This document shows positions 52,720-64,000 of a stretch of DNA of 64,000 nt, piece after piece (positions within the stretch are counted from its first letter, which is position 1; each line of letters opens with the position of its first letter). The notes under the pieces are model-generated. The model ran no database searches, was not told the DNA's origin, and saw nothing but the letters and a program-made list of their open reading frames with translations. The stretch is taken from positions 64,001 to 128,000 of the forward strand of contig CAVQJC010000004.1 of assembly GCA_963712745.1 (NCBI GenBank), in the 5' to 3' direction. The DNA comes from an uncultured Chloroflexia bacterium. Lineage in GTDB: Bacteria > Chloroflexota > Limnocylindria > Limnocylindrales > CSP1-4. The translations under genes were made by a program, and so were the position numbers.

Positions 52720-53790
52720 ATGCTCAACGACACCACCATCACCGAGGCTCTTCGGAGTGTCCAGGATCCGGAGCTCCATCGCGACATCGTGAGCCTGGAC
52801 ATGGTCAAGGAGATCAGGGTCGACGGGACGGCCGTGGCCCTGAAGGTCGACCTGACCACACCGGCCTGCCCGCTCAAGGACCAGATAGGGGCCGACATCG
52901 AGGAGAAGCTCCAGGCGCTCGGTGCCACAGAGATCGATCTGACCTGGGGTGCCTCGGTGCGGCGTGCGGTCCCCGGCAAGCAGGAAGGCAACCTCGTTCC
53001 CGGCGTCAAGAACATCATCGCCGTGGCCTCGGGCAAGGGCGGTGTGGGCAAGAGCAGCGTCTCGGTCAACCTGGCCACTTCGCTCGCGCTCGAGGGCGCC
53101 AGCGTGGGCCTGCTCGACGCCGACATCACGGGCCCCAACATCCCCCAGATGATGGGCATCGAGGGACAGCCGTCGGCTACGCCGGAGGGCAAGATCAAGC
53201 CCCTTGAGCGCTACGGCGTCAAGGTCATCTCCATCCAGTTCTTCGTGCCCCAGGGCCAGCCCATCGTGTGGCGCGGTCCGCTCGTCGGCGGGGCCATCCA
53301 GCAGTTCCTGCGCGACGTGGACTGGGGCGACCTCGACTACCTCGTGGTCGACATGCCCCCGGGCACCTCAGATGCCCAACTCACCCTGGCCCAGTCGGTG
53401 CCCGTGACCGGCTCGGTGCTGGTGACCACGCCGCAGGACGTCGCCCTCGCTGACGTGGAGAAGGCACTCAACATGTTCGAGCGCATGTCGGTTCCGATCC
53501 TCGGCATCGTCGAGAACATGAGCGCCTTCATCTGCCCGCACTGCGGCGAAGCCACCGAGATCTTCGGCCGCGGCGGCGCCGAGCGCTTCGCGAAGGCGCA
53601 TGGTCTGCACTTCTTCGGCGGCATCCCGCTCGACGTGAAGATGCGGCAGGGTGGTGATGCCGGCGTCCCGGCAGTGGCCCAGCGTGAGCCGGGTCCCGCG
53701 GCGGAGGTGCTACGGGAGGTGGCGCGGGCCGTGGCCGGCCGCGTCTCGATGCAAGCCACGGTGGAGACCCCCACCCTCACCATCACTTGA
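52720..53790 (+). CDS. mrp: Mrp/ApbC Fe-S cluster carrier ATPase
   Basis: N-terminal DUF59 (DPEL, TTPACP), SGKGGVGKS, WRGP, DMPPGTSD, ENMS...CPHC. Confidence 0.93.
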   Translation: MLNDTTITEALRSVQDPELHRDIVSLDMVKEIRVDGTAVALKVDLTTPACPLKDQIGADIEEKLQALGATEIDLTWGASVRRAVPGKQEGNLVPGVKNIIAVASGKGGVGKSSVSVNLATSLALEGASVGLLDADITGPNIPQMMGIEGQPSATPEGKIKPLERYGVKVISIQFFVPQGQPIVWRGPLVGGAIQQFLRDVDWGDLDYLVVDMPPGTSDAQLTLAQSVPVTGSVLVTTPQDVALADVEKALNMFERMSVPILGIVENMSAFICPHCGEATEIFGRGGAERFAKAHGLHFFGGIPLDVKMRQGGDAGVPAVAQREPGPAAEVLREVARAVAGRVSMQATVETPTLTIT

Positions 53791-53796
53791 GGCGAC

Positions 53797-54966
53797 CTAC
53801 TGGCCGAGGCGCCGCCAGAGCTCGGCGATGGCGGCATTGGCGGAGCGCCGGCGCCCCGCTTCACCACCTCTGAAGGCGGTCCGCTCGACCGATGTGATGG
53901 TGCCCTCGATGTCGAGTCCGACCATGACAGTCATGTCATCACCCGCCTCGCGACACACCGCCGCGAGGCCGATGTCCGACCCATGTCGACGGCGCACCGC
54001 GGTCGCGAGTTCGACCGCACTCGCCCCCCCGACCGGGCGCAGCTCGGCATGGAGCAGGAACGCGCCGGTGCCGAGGAGCAGGGCCAGGTAGCCGCCGCTG
54101 CCGACCTCGACCGTGGCCAGGGTGCGACCGCCGAGGCGCGGGGTCAGGGCGCTGACCCAGTCGTCGCCCTCGTCCCGCCCGAAGACGTAGGGGTCGATGC
54201 GTGGGCTGAGCGACGCGATGGCGGTCTCGACCATCTCAACGGCCTCCCGCTCCCCCTCGGCCACTGCGCTCACGCGCAGGTCCACGAAGTCGAGACGCGC
54301 GTACGTGGCCATGCGCGGGTTCGCCGTCTCCAGCAGCTGCCGGCCCACCAGGTCCACGACCGCCGACTCGCCTATGCCGGTGAGATGCAGCGTACGCGCA
54401 GCACGGTCAAGACCCAGCCCGCGGGCCCTGAGCCGCGGGAGAACGTGGTCGCGCCACATGGGATGGAGTTCTCGTGGCGGTCCGGGCAGGGCCACGACGA
54501 CCTTGCCCTCCTGCTCGACCCACCAGCCAGGTGCGGTGCCATTGGGGTTGGGCAGGGGAGCGGCGCTGGGGATGAGCCAGGCTTGTTTGAGGTTGACTTC
54601 GGAGAAGGGCAGCCCGCGCCGGGCCCAAAGCCCACGCAGCCAGGACTCCAGCTCGGGATCGACCCGCGCCTGCTCGCCGAGCGTGGAAGCGATCGCTTCC
54701 CGGGTGAGGTCGTCGGGGGTCGGGCCCAGGCCGCCCGTGGTGACCACCAGGTCGACCCGCGCCAGTGCGTCGCGCAGCGCCTCGCCGACGCTGGTGAGAT
54801 CGTCGGGCAGCTGGCTCATGCGCGCCACCTCGACGCCGAGCGCGCTCAGCTCGCGCGCGATGTCGCCGCTGTTGGTGTCGCGTGTCTCGCCTACCAGCAG
54901 CTCGGCGCCGATGGCCAGCATCTCCGCGGTGGCGATGCGAGTTGGCGTCGGGTGATGATCAGGCAT
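53797..54966 (-). CDS. cinA: CinA family competence/damage-inducible protein
   Basis: IGAELLVGETRDTN, GGLGPTPDDLT, NPNGTAPG, LPGPPREL; degenerate C-terminal deamidase domain. Confidence 0.85.
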   Translation of the reverse strand: MPDHHPTPTRIATAEMLAIGAELLVGETRDTNSGDIARELSALGVEVARMSQLPDDLTSVGEALRDALARVDLVVTTGGLGPTPDDLTREAIASTLGEQARVDPELESWLRGLWARRGLPFSEVNLKQAWLIPSAAPLPNPNGTAPGWWVEQEGKVVVALPGPPRELHPMWRDHVLPRLRARGLGLDRAARTLHLTGIGESAVVDLVGRQLLETANPRMATYARLDFVDLRVSAVAEGEREAVEMVETAIASLSPRIDPYVFGRDEGDDWVSALTPRLGGRTLATVEVGSGGYLALLLGTGAFLLHAELRPVGGASAVELATAVRRRHGSDIGLAAVCREAGDDMTVMVGLDIEGTITSVERTAFRGGEAGRRRSANAAIAELWRRLGQ

Positions 54967-55058
54967 GTCCAGCGAGTCTACCGGCCGACGCCTTGCGGGG
55001 AGGAGCCGGGCCCTCCTTGGGCCTGAGGTCGAATCGCCGGCCACGAGACACCCGCCGG

Positions 55059-55108
55059 TTGACGCAGCACGGCAATCTGTGTTATCACTCTATCACTGAG
55101 AGTGCTAA
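55059..55108 (+). promoter_or_regulatory. groEL promoter with CIRCE (HrcA operator)
   Basis: TTGACG 55059-55064; TTATCACTC-N9-GAGTGCTAA at 55082-55108, one mismatch to the CIRCE consensus. Confidence 0.9.
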
Positions 55109-55229
55109 CCACCGCGCAGGAGCGACCTCACGTTCCTGCCAAGGGGTCACCAAACCGGCGCGAAGACGTCGCCTGCCAGCGTGACGGCACGTGGCAGACC
55201 GGCGCACGACGCGCAACACAGGAGGAACG

Positions 55230-56882
<1,653 letters not shown>

Positions 56883-56918
56883 CCGGACTGCCGGGAGCTA
56901 CGGCTTCACTTCCATCCC

Positions 56919-56956
56919 CAGCAGCAGGCCCGGCCACTTGGCCGGGCCTGCTGCTG
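56919..56956 (+). terminator. Hairpin downstream of groEL
   Basis: CAGCAGCAGGCCCGGCC-ACTT-GGCCGGGCCTGCTGCTG. Confidence 0.7.
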
Positions 56957-57171
56957 TCATGCTCGGGTATGCTGGACGGGTACACCGGGGGAGACGTGCC
57001 GACCCCGGACCTGGCCCGAGCCGCAGACGAGGCTGACCGCTGACCGCGACACCCGATCCAACAGACCCTCCTCGCGACGACGCTGACGCGACGGCCGGTG
57101 GCGGCAGCGCGCCCGACAGCGGCCGCGAAGACGAGTCGGCCAAACCCGGCGTCGGTGAGGCCATCGGCGGC

Positions 57172-57978
57172 GTGCGTGCGGCGTTCAGGCGCATGCTCGA
57201 GGCCCACCTCGGTCTGCTGCGCGCCGAGCTCGAGCTCACCGGCAAGGAACTGGCCATCATCGTCGGCCTCGCGGTCGGCGCGCTGGCGATCGCCATCCTG
57301 GTCGGGATCCTGCTGTATGTCGGTGGCTTCCTGTTCTTCGGAGAGCTGCTCTTCGGCTCCATGGGCTGGGGCATCATCCACGGCACGCTCATCGGCGCCG
57401 CCGTCATCGTGTACGTGGGCCTGAACCTGGCCGGCGGAGAGGTCCGTGGCTACGGCTGGGGCGCACTCATCGGCGTCATCGTCACCGTCGCCCTGGCCAT
57501 CCTGTTGCTCAGCAACGTGGGCAACGAGAGCGGGGAGTGGGTGCGGCGCTTCCTGGTGGAGGAATTCCAGACAGACGACCTGCCCTTCGGCGACGAGTGG
57601 CTGGTCTTCCTGAGCGGGTTGGTCCTCGGCGGCCTGATCGGTCTCGCGGGCGGCCTCATCGTGGCTTGGCGAGCAAGCCTGGATGGCAGGGCTCGTCTGT
57701 GGGCCGTGGTAGGCCTCATCCTGACCTTCGCATTGGTGGGAGCCATCTACCTCCCCACCCGTTACGACGCGCCGGACGGCGTGCTCGGCCTGGCCATCAT
57801 GATCGGCCTGATCGTGTGGATCGCTACCGGCGCCTGGCTGACCGCTCGCAACGGCTTCGACCCGGAGGCCCGCTATGCCAACCTGCTGCCGCGTGAATCG
57901 ATCGCCGCCTTCAGCCGGACCAAGGAGTTCGTCTTCGAGCAGTGGGAGCGCCAGAAGAGCAGGATGATGGGCCGATGA
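57172..57978 (+). CDS. Membrane protein with phage-holin-like (YqjE/DUF1469-type) N-terminus; frame open upstream to a CTG at 57040
   Basis: LEAHLGLLRAEL followed by multiple TM helices; ATGA overlap with the next gene. Confidence 0.6.
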   Translation: MRAAFRRMLEAHLGLLRAELELTGKELAIIVGLAVGALAIAILVGILLYVGGFLFFGELLFGSMGWGIIHGTLIGAAVIVYVGLNLAGGEVRGYGWGALIGVIVTVALAILLLSNVGNESGEWVRRFLVEEFQTDDLPFGDEWLVFLSGLVLGGLIGLAGGLIVAWRASLDGRARLWAVVGLILTFALVGAIYLPTRYDAPDGVLGLAIMIGLIVWIATGAWLTARNGFDPEARYANLLPRESIAAFSRTKEFVFEQWERQKSRMMGR

Positions 57979-58606
57979 CCGAGGACGTGACCAGTCGCCG
58001 GGAGTCCGACGACGATGAAGCTTTCGAGCGCATGCTGGCCAAGCACGACGAGCCGACGCCTGAGGTGGTGGACGCCATGTCCGAGGTGGAGGCCGCCCGG
58101 GCCGGCCTTGCCGACTCGCTCGACGACCTCGTGGCCGCTGCGCAGTCGGCACTCGACATCCCGGCCAAGGTCAGGCGCAACCCGGTCAGGACGGCGGCCC
58201 TCGTCGGCGGCACCGGTTTCGTGCTGGTGGGAGGCCCCCGACGTGTGGTGCGTATGGTCGGTCGCCGGATCCGCCCACAGCGTCCCGATCCCCATGCAGG
58301 ATCCTCCCGCCGGAGATCGAGAAGGTCCTGAAGGACTCGGGCGTGGCCAAGGATCCCGAGATCCGCCGAGCGCTCAACGCGGACTTCGCGGAGTACCTCA
58401 AGAAGAAGGGTACACGCAAGGACGAGCCCAACCCGGCAGCCAGCTTCTGGCGGACCTTCGACAAGGTGGCCGGACCACTGGGCACGGCCGGTGCTCGGAT
58501 CATGGTCGGCCGGCTGATGGAGGCCGATCGGGACCGGGCCCGAGCTCGCGCGGAGCTGCGTGAGCGCCAGATCGAGCGCGCCGAGGCCAGGAAGAACGCC
58601 ACCTGA
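57975..58606 (+). CDS. Hypothetical protein, DUF3618-like N-terminus; apparent 1-nt frameshift near 58300
   Basis: EVEAARAGLADSLDDL...VRRNP; adding one G at GCAGG^ATC joins it to ILPPEIEKVL...RKNAT. Confidence 0.6.
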
Positions 58607-58667
58607 ACCCGAGCGCCTCCCACCAGGTGCGCGCCCGTGGGTGTCAGCCATAATGGGCCGCGTTCTC

Positions 58668-58753
58668 GCGGGCGTGGCGGAACGGTAGACGCGGCAGCCT
58701 TAGGAGCTGTTGACCGAAAGGTCGTGGAGGTTCGAGTCCTCTCGCCCGCACCA
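58668..58753 (+). tRNA. tRNA-Leu(TAG)
   Basis: GCGGGCG acceptor stem, anticodon arm GCAGC-CTTAGGA-GCTGT, long variable arm, GGTTCGAGTCC, encoded CCA; CATAAT -10 upstream. Confidence 0.96.
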
Positions 58754-58878
58754 CGCACCGATCTGGTGCCCCGACCACACCGGGTCGCTGAGATCCGAGG
58801 GCTGGGCGCCACGTCGACGCCGTCGCGTCCGTATACTCGTGCGGCACTCTCCAAAAACAACCGACCGACAAGGAACCC

Positions 58879-60339
58879 GTGAACACCGACATCCGCGAAG
58901 CGGGCCAGAGCACCATCCTGCTCGAGGTCCAGATCACCGACAAGGAACTCCAGGGCGCCATCAACGAGGGTGTCCGTCATCTCGCGCGCCGTACGCGGGT
59001 CCCCGGCTTCCGCCCGGGCAAGGCACCCCGCAAGATCGTCGAGCGCGCCCTTGGCGTGGACCGCACCGATCCTGACGCCCCCGATCCCGTCTACGACGAG
59101 GCTCGCGAGCACCTCTACCAGCGCACCGTCATCACGGCCGTGACCGAATCGGGCAGGGACGTACTTGAACTGCCGCGCGAGCCGGAGTGGACCCAGTTCG
59201 AGGAAGGCGTCGGCGCCACGTACCAGGTAACGCTTCCCGTTCGCCCTGAGGTGGAGCTCGGCGATTACACCGATTACCCGTTCGAACCGGAGATCGAAGA
59301 GGTCACCGAAGATCAGATCGACCAGGTGGTCGAACAACTGCGTGATCAGCAGGCCTCGCTCATCCCGGTCGAGGACCGCGGCGCCGAGAACGATGACTAT
59401 GCCGTCATCAGCTTCCAAGGCCGGCGCGACGGTGAACCTGTCGAGGGCGCCCAGTCGGACCGCTTCCCGCTGATCGTGGGCAAGGAACGCATGATCCCCG
59501 GCTTCGAGGCCAACCTCCTGGGCATGAAGGAGGCGGAGGAGCGCACCTTCAGCGTGACCTTCCCCGAGGACTACGCCGAGGAGTCGCTGCAGGGTGCGGA
59601 GGTCGAGTTCACGGCCACGCTGCTGGAGCTCCGCGAGCGCAAGCTGCCCCAGGCCGATGATGACTTCGCCGGGATGGTGGGTCCGTACGATGACATGGCG
59701 GCGCTGCGGGCGGATCTCGATGAGCGCATGAGGATCAACGCGCTCGACCGGGCCCGCCACCACTTCGTGGACCGCATCATCGAGTACGCCAACGGCAACG
59801 CCACCGTGACCCTGCCGGAGATCCTGGTCGAGCGCGAGATCGGCGTGATGATCGATGAGCTCAAGGTGCGTACCGCCGAGCAGGGCATCGCCTACGAGGA
59901 CTACCTGCGGGTGACCGAGAAGGACGAGGCCGCCTTGCGCGAGGAATACCGCGAAGGTGCGGAGCAGCGCGTGAAGACGCTGCTGGTGCTGGGCGCGATC
60001 GCCGACAAGGAGGAGGTCACGGTCGCGGACGAAGACATCCAGGCTGAGATCGACCGGGTCCTGGTCGATCCCAACGCCAGTGACTCGATCAAGGAGTACC
60101 TCGACTCCGACCGCGGCCGCGACTACATCCGGTCACAACTGCGCCGGTCACAGACCGTCGAGATGCTGGCTGACCGCTGGATCGAAGCACATCCGGAGTA
60201 CGAGAGCGTGCAGCACCAGCACGGCCACAGCCATGACGAGGAAGAGGAGGGCGAGGAGACCGCGGTCGACCCGGTCGCCGAGGTCGTCGAGGAGGTCACC
60301 GAAGAGGGGGCGACTGCCGCGCGGAGGGACGAGGCATGA
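58879..60339 (+). CDS. tig: Trigger factor
   Basis: [10 protein letters not shown] ribosome-binding motif; FKBP domain MIPGFE...VTFPEDY. Confidence 0.95.
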   Translation: MNTDIREAGQSTILLEVQITDKELQGAINEGVRHLARRTRVPGFRPGKAPRKIVERALGVDRTDPDAPDPVYDEAREHLYQRTVITAVTESGRDVLELPREPEWTQFEEGVGATYQVTLPVRPEVELGDYTDYPFEPEIEEVTEDQIDQVVEQLRDQQASLIPVEDRGAENDDYAVISFQGRRDGEPVEGAQSDRFPLIVGKERMIPGFEANLLGMKEAEERTFSVTFPEDYAEESLQGAEVEFTATLLELRERKLPQADDDFAGMVGPYDDMAALRADLDERMRINALDRARHHFVDRIIEYANGNATVTLPEILVEREIGVMIDELKVRTAEQGIAYEDYLRVTEKDEAALREEYREGAEQRVKTLLVLGAIADKEEVTVADEDIQAEIDRVLVDPNASDSIKEYLDSDRGRDYIRSQLRRSQTVEMLADRWIEAHPEYESVQHQHGHSHDEEEEGEETAVDPVAEVVEEVTEEGATAARRDEA

Positions 60340-61016
60340 CCCGACACCCGAGCATCCCCAGCGCCTCGCAAGCGGCTGAGGCAGCCCGCCAGACCACGGC
60401 CATGCTCGTGCCCATGGTCATCGAGTCCTCGAGCCGAGGCGAACGCGCCTACGACATCTACAGTCGGCTGCTCAAGGACCGCATCATCTTCCTGGGTGAC
60501 CAGATCGAGGACCACATGGCCAACCTCATCATCGCCCAGCTGCTCTTCCTCGAAGCCGAGGATCCTGACCGCGACATCAGCCTGTACATCAACTCGCCCG
60601 GTGGCGTGGTCACCTCCGGCCTGGCCATCTACGACACGATGCAGTACCTGCGCGCACCGGTGAGCACGATCTGCATCGGCATGGCCGCCTCCATGGCCTC
60701 GGTGCTCCTGGCTGCCGGCGCCCAGGGCAAGCGCTACGCGTTGCCCAACAGCCGCATCATGATCCACCAGGGTTCGGGCGGCTTCCGTGGCTCGACGCCG
60801 GATGTGCTCATCCAGGTCAAGGAGCTCGAGGACCTCAACCAGCGACTCCATCAGATCCTCGCCCGCCATACCGGCCAGACGGCCAAGAAGGTGGCCAGGG
60901 ACACCGAGCGTGACAACTTCATGGCTCCGGACGAGGCCAAGGCCTACGGCATCATCGACGAGGTCTACGCTGAACGCTCTGAGTCGCTCATCAGCGAGTC
61001 GAAGAGCAAGGGCTAG
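60336..61016 (+). CDS. clpP: ATP-dependent Clp protease proteolytic subunit
   Basis: [35 protein letters not shown]. Confidence 0.97.
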   Translation: MTRHPSIPSASQAAEAARQTTAMLVPMVIESSSRGERAYDIYSRLLKDRIIFLGDQIEDHMANLIIAQLLFLEAEDPDRDISLYINSPGGVVTSGLAIYDTMQYLRAPVSTICIGMAASMASVLLAAGAQGKRYALPNSRIMIHQGSGGFRGSTPDVLIQVKELEDLNQRLHQILARHTGQTAKKVARDTERDNFMAPDEAKAYGIIDEVYAERSESLISESKSKG

Positions 61017-61051
61017 GTCCAGAGAGAGCATTCGAGAAGGAGAGCGGATCC

Positions 61052-62352
<1,301 letters not shown>

Positions 62353-62356
<4 letters not shown>

Positions 62357-63129
62357 CCCGACGCCTGCCGCGGTCGGGCAGCGATGAACTCGAGCACCTC
62401 GCTCCAGGCGGCGGCCGCAGCCGCGGCGTGTGCAGGCTCCCGCCGGTCGAAGAACGAGTGCGGCGCATCCTCGTAGACCACGACGCGATGGTCGATCTGC
62501 GCAGCTCGCAACGCCGCCTCGAACGAGGCCACGTCGTCCGCCGTGATCTTGGGGTCAGCTCCTCCGAAGATGGCCAGCAGGGGCGATCGGATGTCGCCCG
62601 CTACGTCGGCCGGGGCCGGCAGGTCGTTGAGGAACGGCCCCGCGGGCCAGCCGTAGAAGCCGATCACACCGGCCAGGTCGAGTTCGGGCAGTGTGGCCAG
62701 CAGAAAGGACGTGCGCCCGCCGAAGCAGAAGCCGATGGAGAAGAGGGCATCGAGGTCGCGCTCGGCACGCAGAGCGGCAGCCGCGGCGATGATGTCCGAC
62801 CGCAGGTCGGTCCAGGTCGTCTGCCGCGCGTGCCTGACGTGGTCGAACGTCCGCTCGCGTGGCGGTAGCGCAGCAGTGCGACCGTAGTAGTCCAGCGCCA
62901 TCGCGTCCATGCCGGCCTCCGCGAACCGGAGCGCGAGCTGCTCATAGAACCCGCTCAGGCCGCCGTAGTCGGGCAGGACAAGGACGCCGAGGTTGCGTGG
63001 CTCGAGCGCTTCGGCTCGAAAGACGGCGAAGTCGTTCCCGTCGGCCGCACGGAGCTGTAGACGCAGGCCCCGCGCCGACCGCCCTCGCGCGGGCTCGACA
63101 GGTGGCTGACTTGCGGGGTCGGAGCACAT
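62353..63129 (-). CDS. Dienelactone hydrolase family protein
   Basis: GFCFGG nucleophile, FGGAD, APHSFF. Confidence 0.88.
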
Positions 63130-63296
63130 GGTTCTGGAGCCTCCTCGACACGAGTGGGATCGCAAGTCTGCGCTAGACTCGATGACCGCGGCACGCTCGA
63201 CACCGTGGCGATTCGATGGCAGCAACTCATCCGGGGCCTCGTTCGTTCGATGGGACGATCGAGGCCGTCCGTATGGCAGGCAGGGGAAGGGCAGGC

Positions 63297-64000
63297 ATGG
63301 GCGAAGCGGCTCCGAATGGGACGTCACCGATGGCGAAGGCATACCAGCCTGCCGAGGTAGAGCCGGCCGTCTACCAGCGGTGGCTGGATGCGGACGTGTT
63401 CGCTCCCGACGGCGTCGGCTCCCGCGCGAGCTCCACGGCCGAACCGTTCACCATCATCATGCCTCCGCCCAATGTCACGGGCGCGCTGCACCTGGGCCAT
63501 GCGGCCCGCTCCGCCACCGAGGACCTCATGATCCGTCGCGCGCGGATGCAGTATCGACCGGCCCTGTGGCTGCCGGGCGTGGATCATGCATCGATCGCAG
63601 CCCAGTGGGTGTTGCGCCGCGTGCTCGCTGATGAAGGCACGACGCCCGAGGATCTCGGTCGGGAGAAGTACCTCGAGCGCATGTGGCGCTTCATGGATGA
63701 GACGCGGCCGGTCATCATGGGCCAGCAGCGTCGGCTGGGCATCTCGGCGGACTGGAGCCGCGAGCGCTTCACCATGGACGACCGTTCCGCTCACGCGGTC
63801 CGGGTCGCCTTCAAGCGGCTGTACGAGGATGGGCTCGCATACCGCGGCCAGAAGCTCATCAACTGGTGTCCCGGCTGCGGTACCAGCGTCTCAGACCTCG
63901 AGGTCATCGGCACTCCCGAAGACGGCAAGCTGTGGTCGGTGCGCTACCACCTGCTGCCTGAAGGCGCGGCAGCGGGATCCGCGCCCAGCCCGGACGAGAC
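63297..64000 (+). CDS. valS: Valine--tRNA ligase, 3'-truncated by the window edge
   Basis: AKAYQPAEVE, PPPNVTGALHLGH, PGVDHASIA, DWSRERFTMD, NWCPGCGTSVSDLEV. Confidence 0.95.
   Translation, partial: MGEAAPNGTSPMAKAYQPAEVEPAVYQRWLDADVFAPDGVGSRASSTAEPFTIIMPPPNVTGALHLGHAARSATEDLMIRRARMQYRPALWLPGVDHASIAAQWVLRRVLADEGTTPEDLGREKYLERMWRFMDETRPVIMGQQRRLGISADWSRERFTMDDRSAHAVRVAFKRLYEDGLAYRGQKLINWCPGCGTSVSDLEVIGTPEDGKLWSVRYHLLPEGAAAGSAPSPDE

Noticed and set aside
57172-58606. Prophage lysis module suggested by the holin-like protein
   Set aside because: No phage genes nearby; such membrane protein pairs are common chromosomal genes
58668-58753. tRNA-Leu as an island integration site
   Set aside because: No integrase or duplicated tRNA 3' end seen; tRNA-Leu-tig-clpP-clpX is an ordinary arrangement

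Overview
High-GC bacterial chromosomal window. The Firmicutes/Actinobacteria/Chloroflexi-type LexA box, the CIRCE element and many leaderless-looking promoters suggest Chloroflexota, which is an inference. The main accessory feature is a ~23.5 kb catabolic locus (2406-25886). Its left arm carries a cupin, a split transketolase and a LIV-type ABC importer. Its right arm carries a PEP-utilising phosphotransferase without an ATP-grasp domain, a GntR/FCD regulator, an HprK-like P-loop protein, a three-subunit Mo-hydroxylase, a cyclase-family amidohydrolase, two Zn-dehydrogenases sharing a 491-bp identical 5' block, a truncated PPDK fused to a winged-helix/helical domain, and a PFK. A distal SDR + MBL pair carries the same palindrome (TCGATnATCGA) as both divergent promoters. 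Other notable elements: orphan divergent ureE-ureG, a RHH-RelE toxin-antitoxin pair, lhr with an SOS box, an ECF sigma/anti-sigma pair with a decayed duplicate sigma and two scattered remnants of the anti-sigma's extracellular domain, and a truncated haemoglobin translationally coupled to a PAS/coiled-coil adenylate cyclase. Housekeeping genes follow (rsgA, class II aldolase, mrp, cinA, CIRCE-groEL, tRNA-Leu-tig-clpP-clpX, valS). Three otherwise intact genes carry single frameshifts that are probably sequencing errors. No CRISPR array, rRNA, integrase or transposase was seen. All calls come from reading the sequence and recalled motifs; no database search was run.
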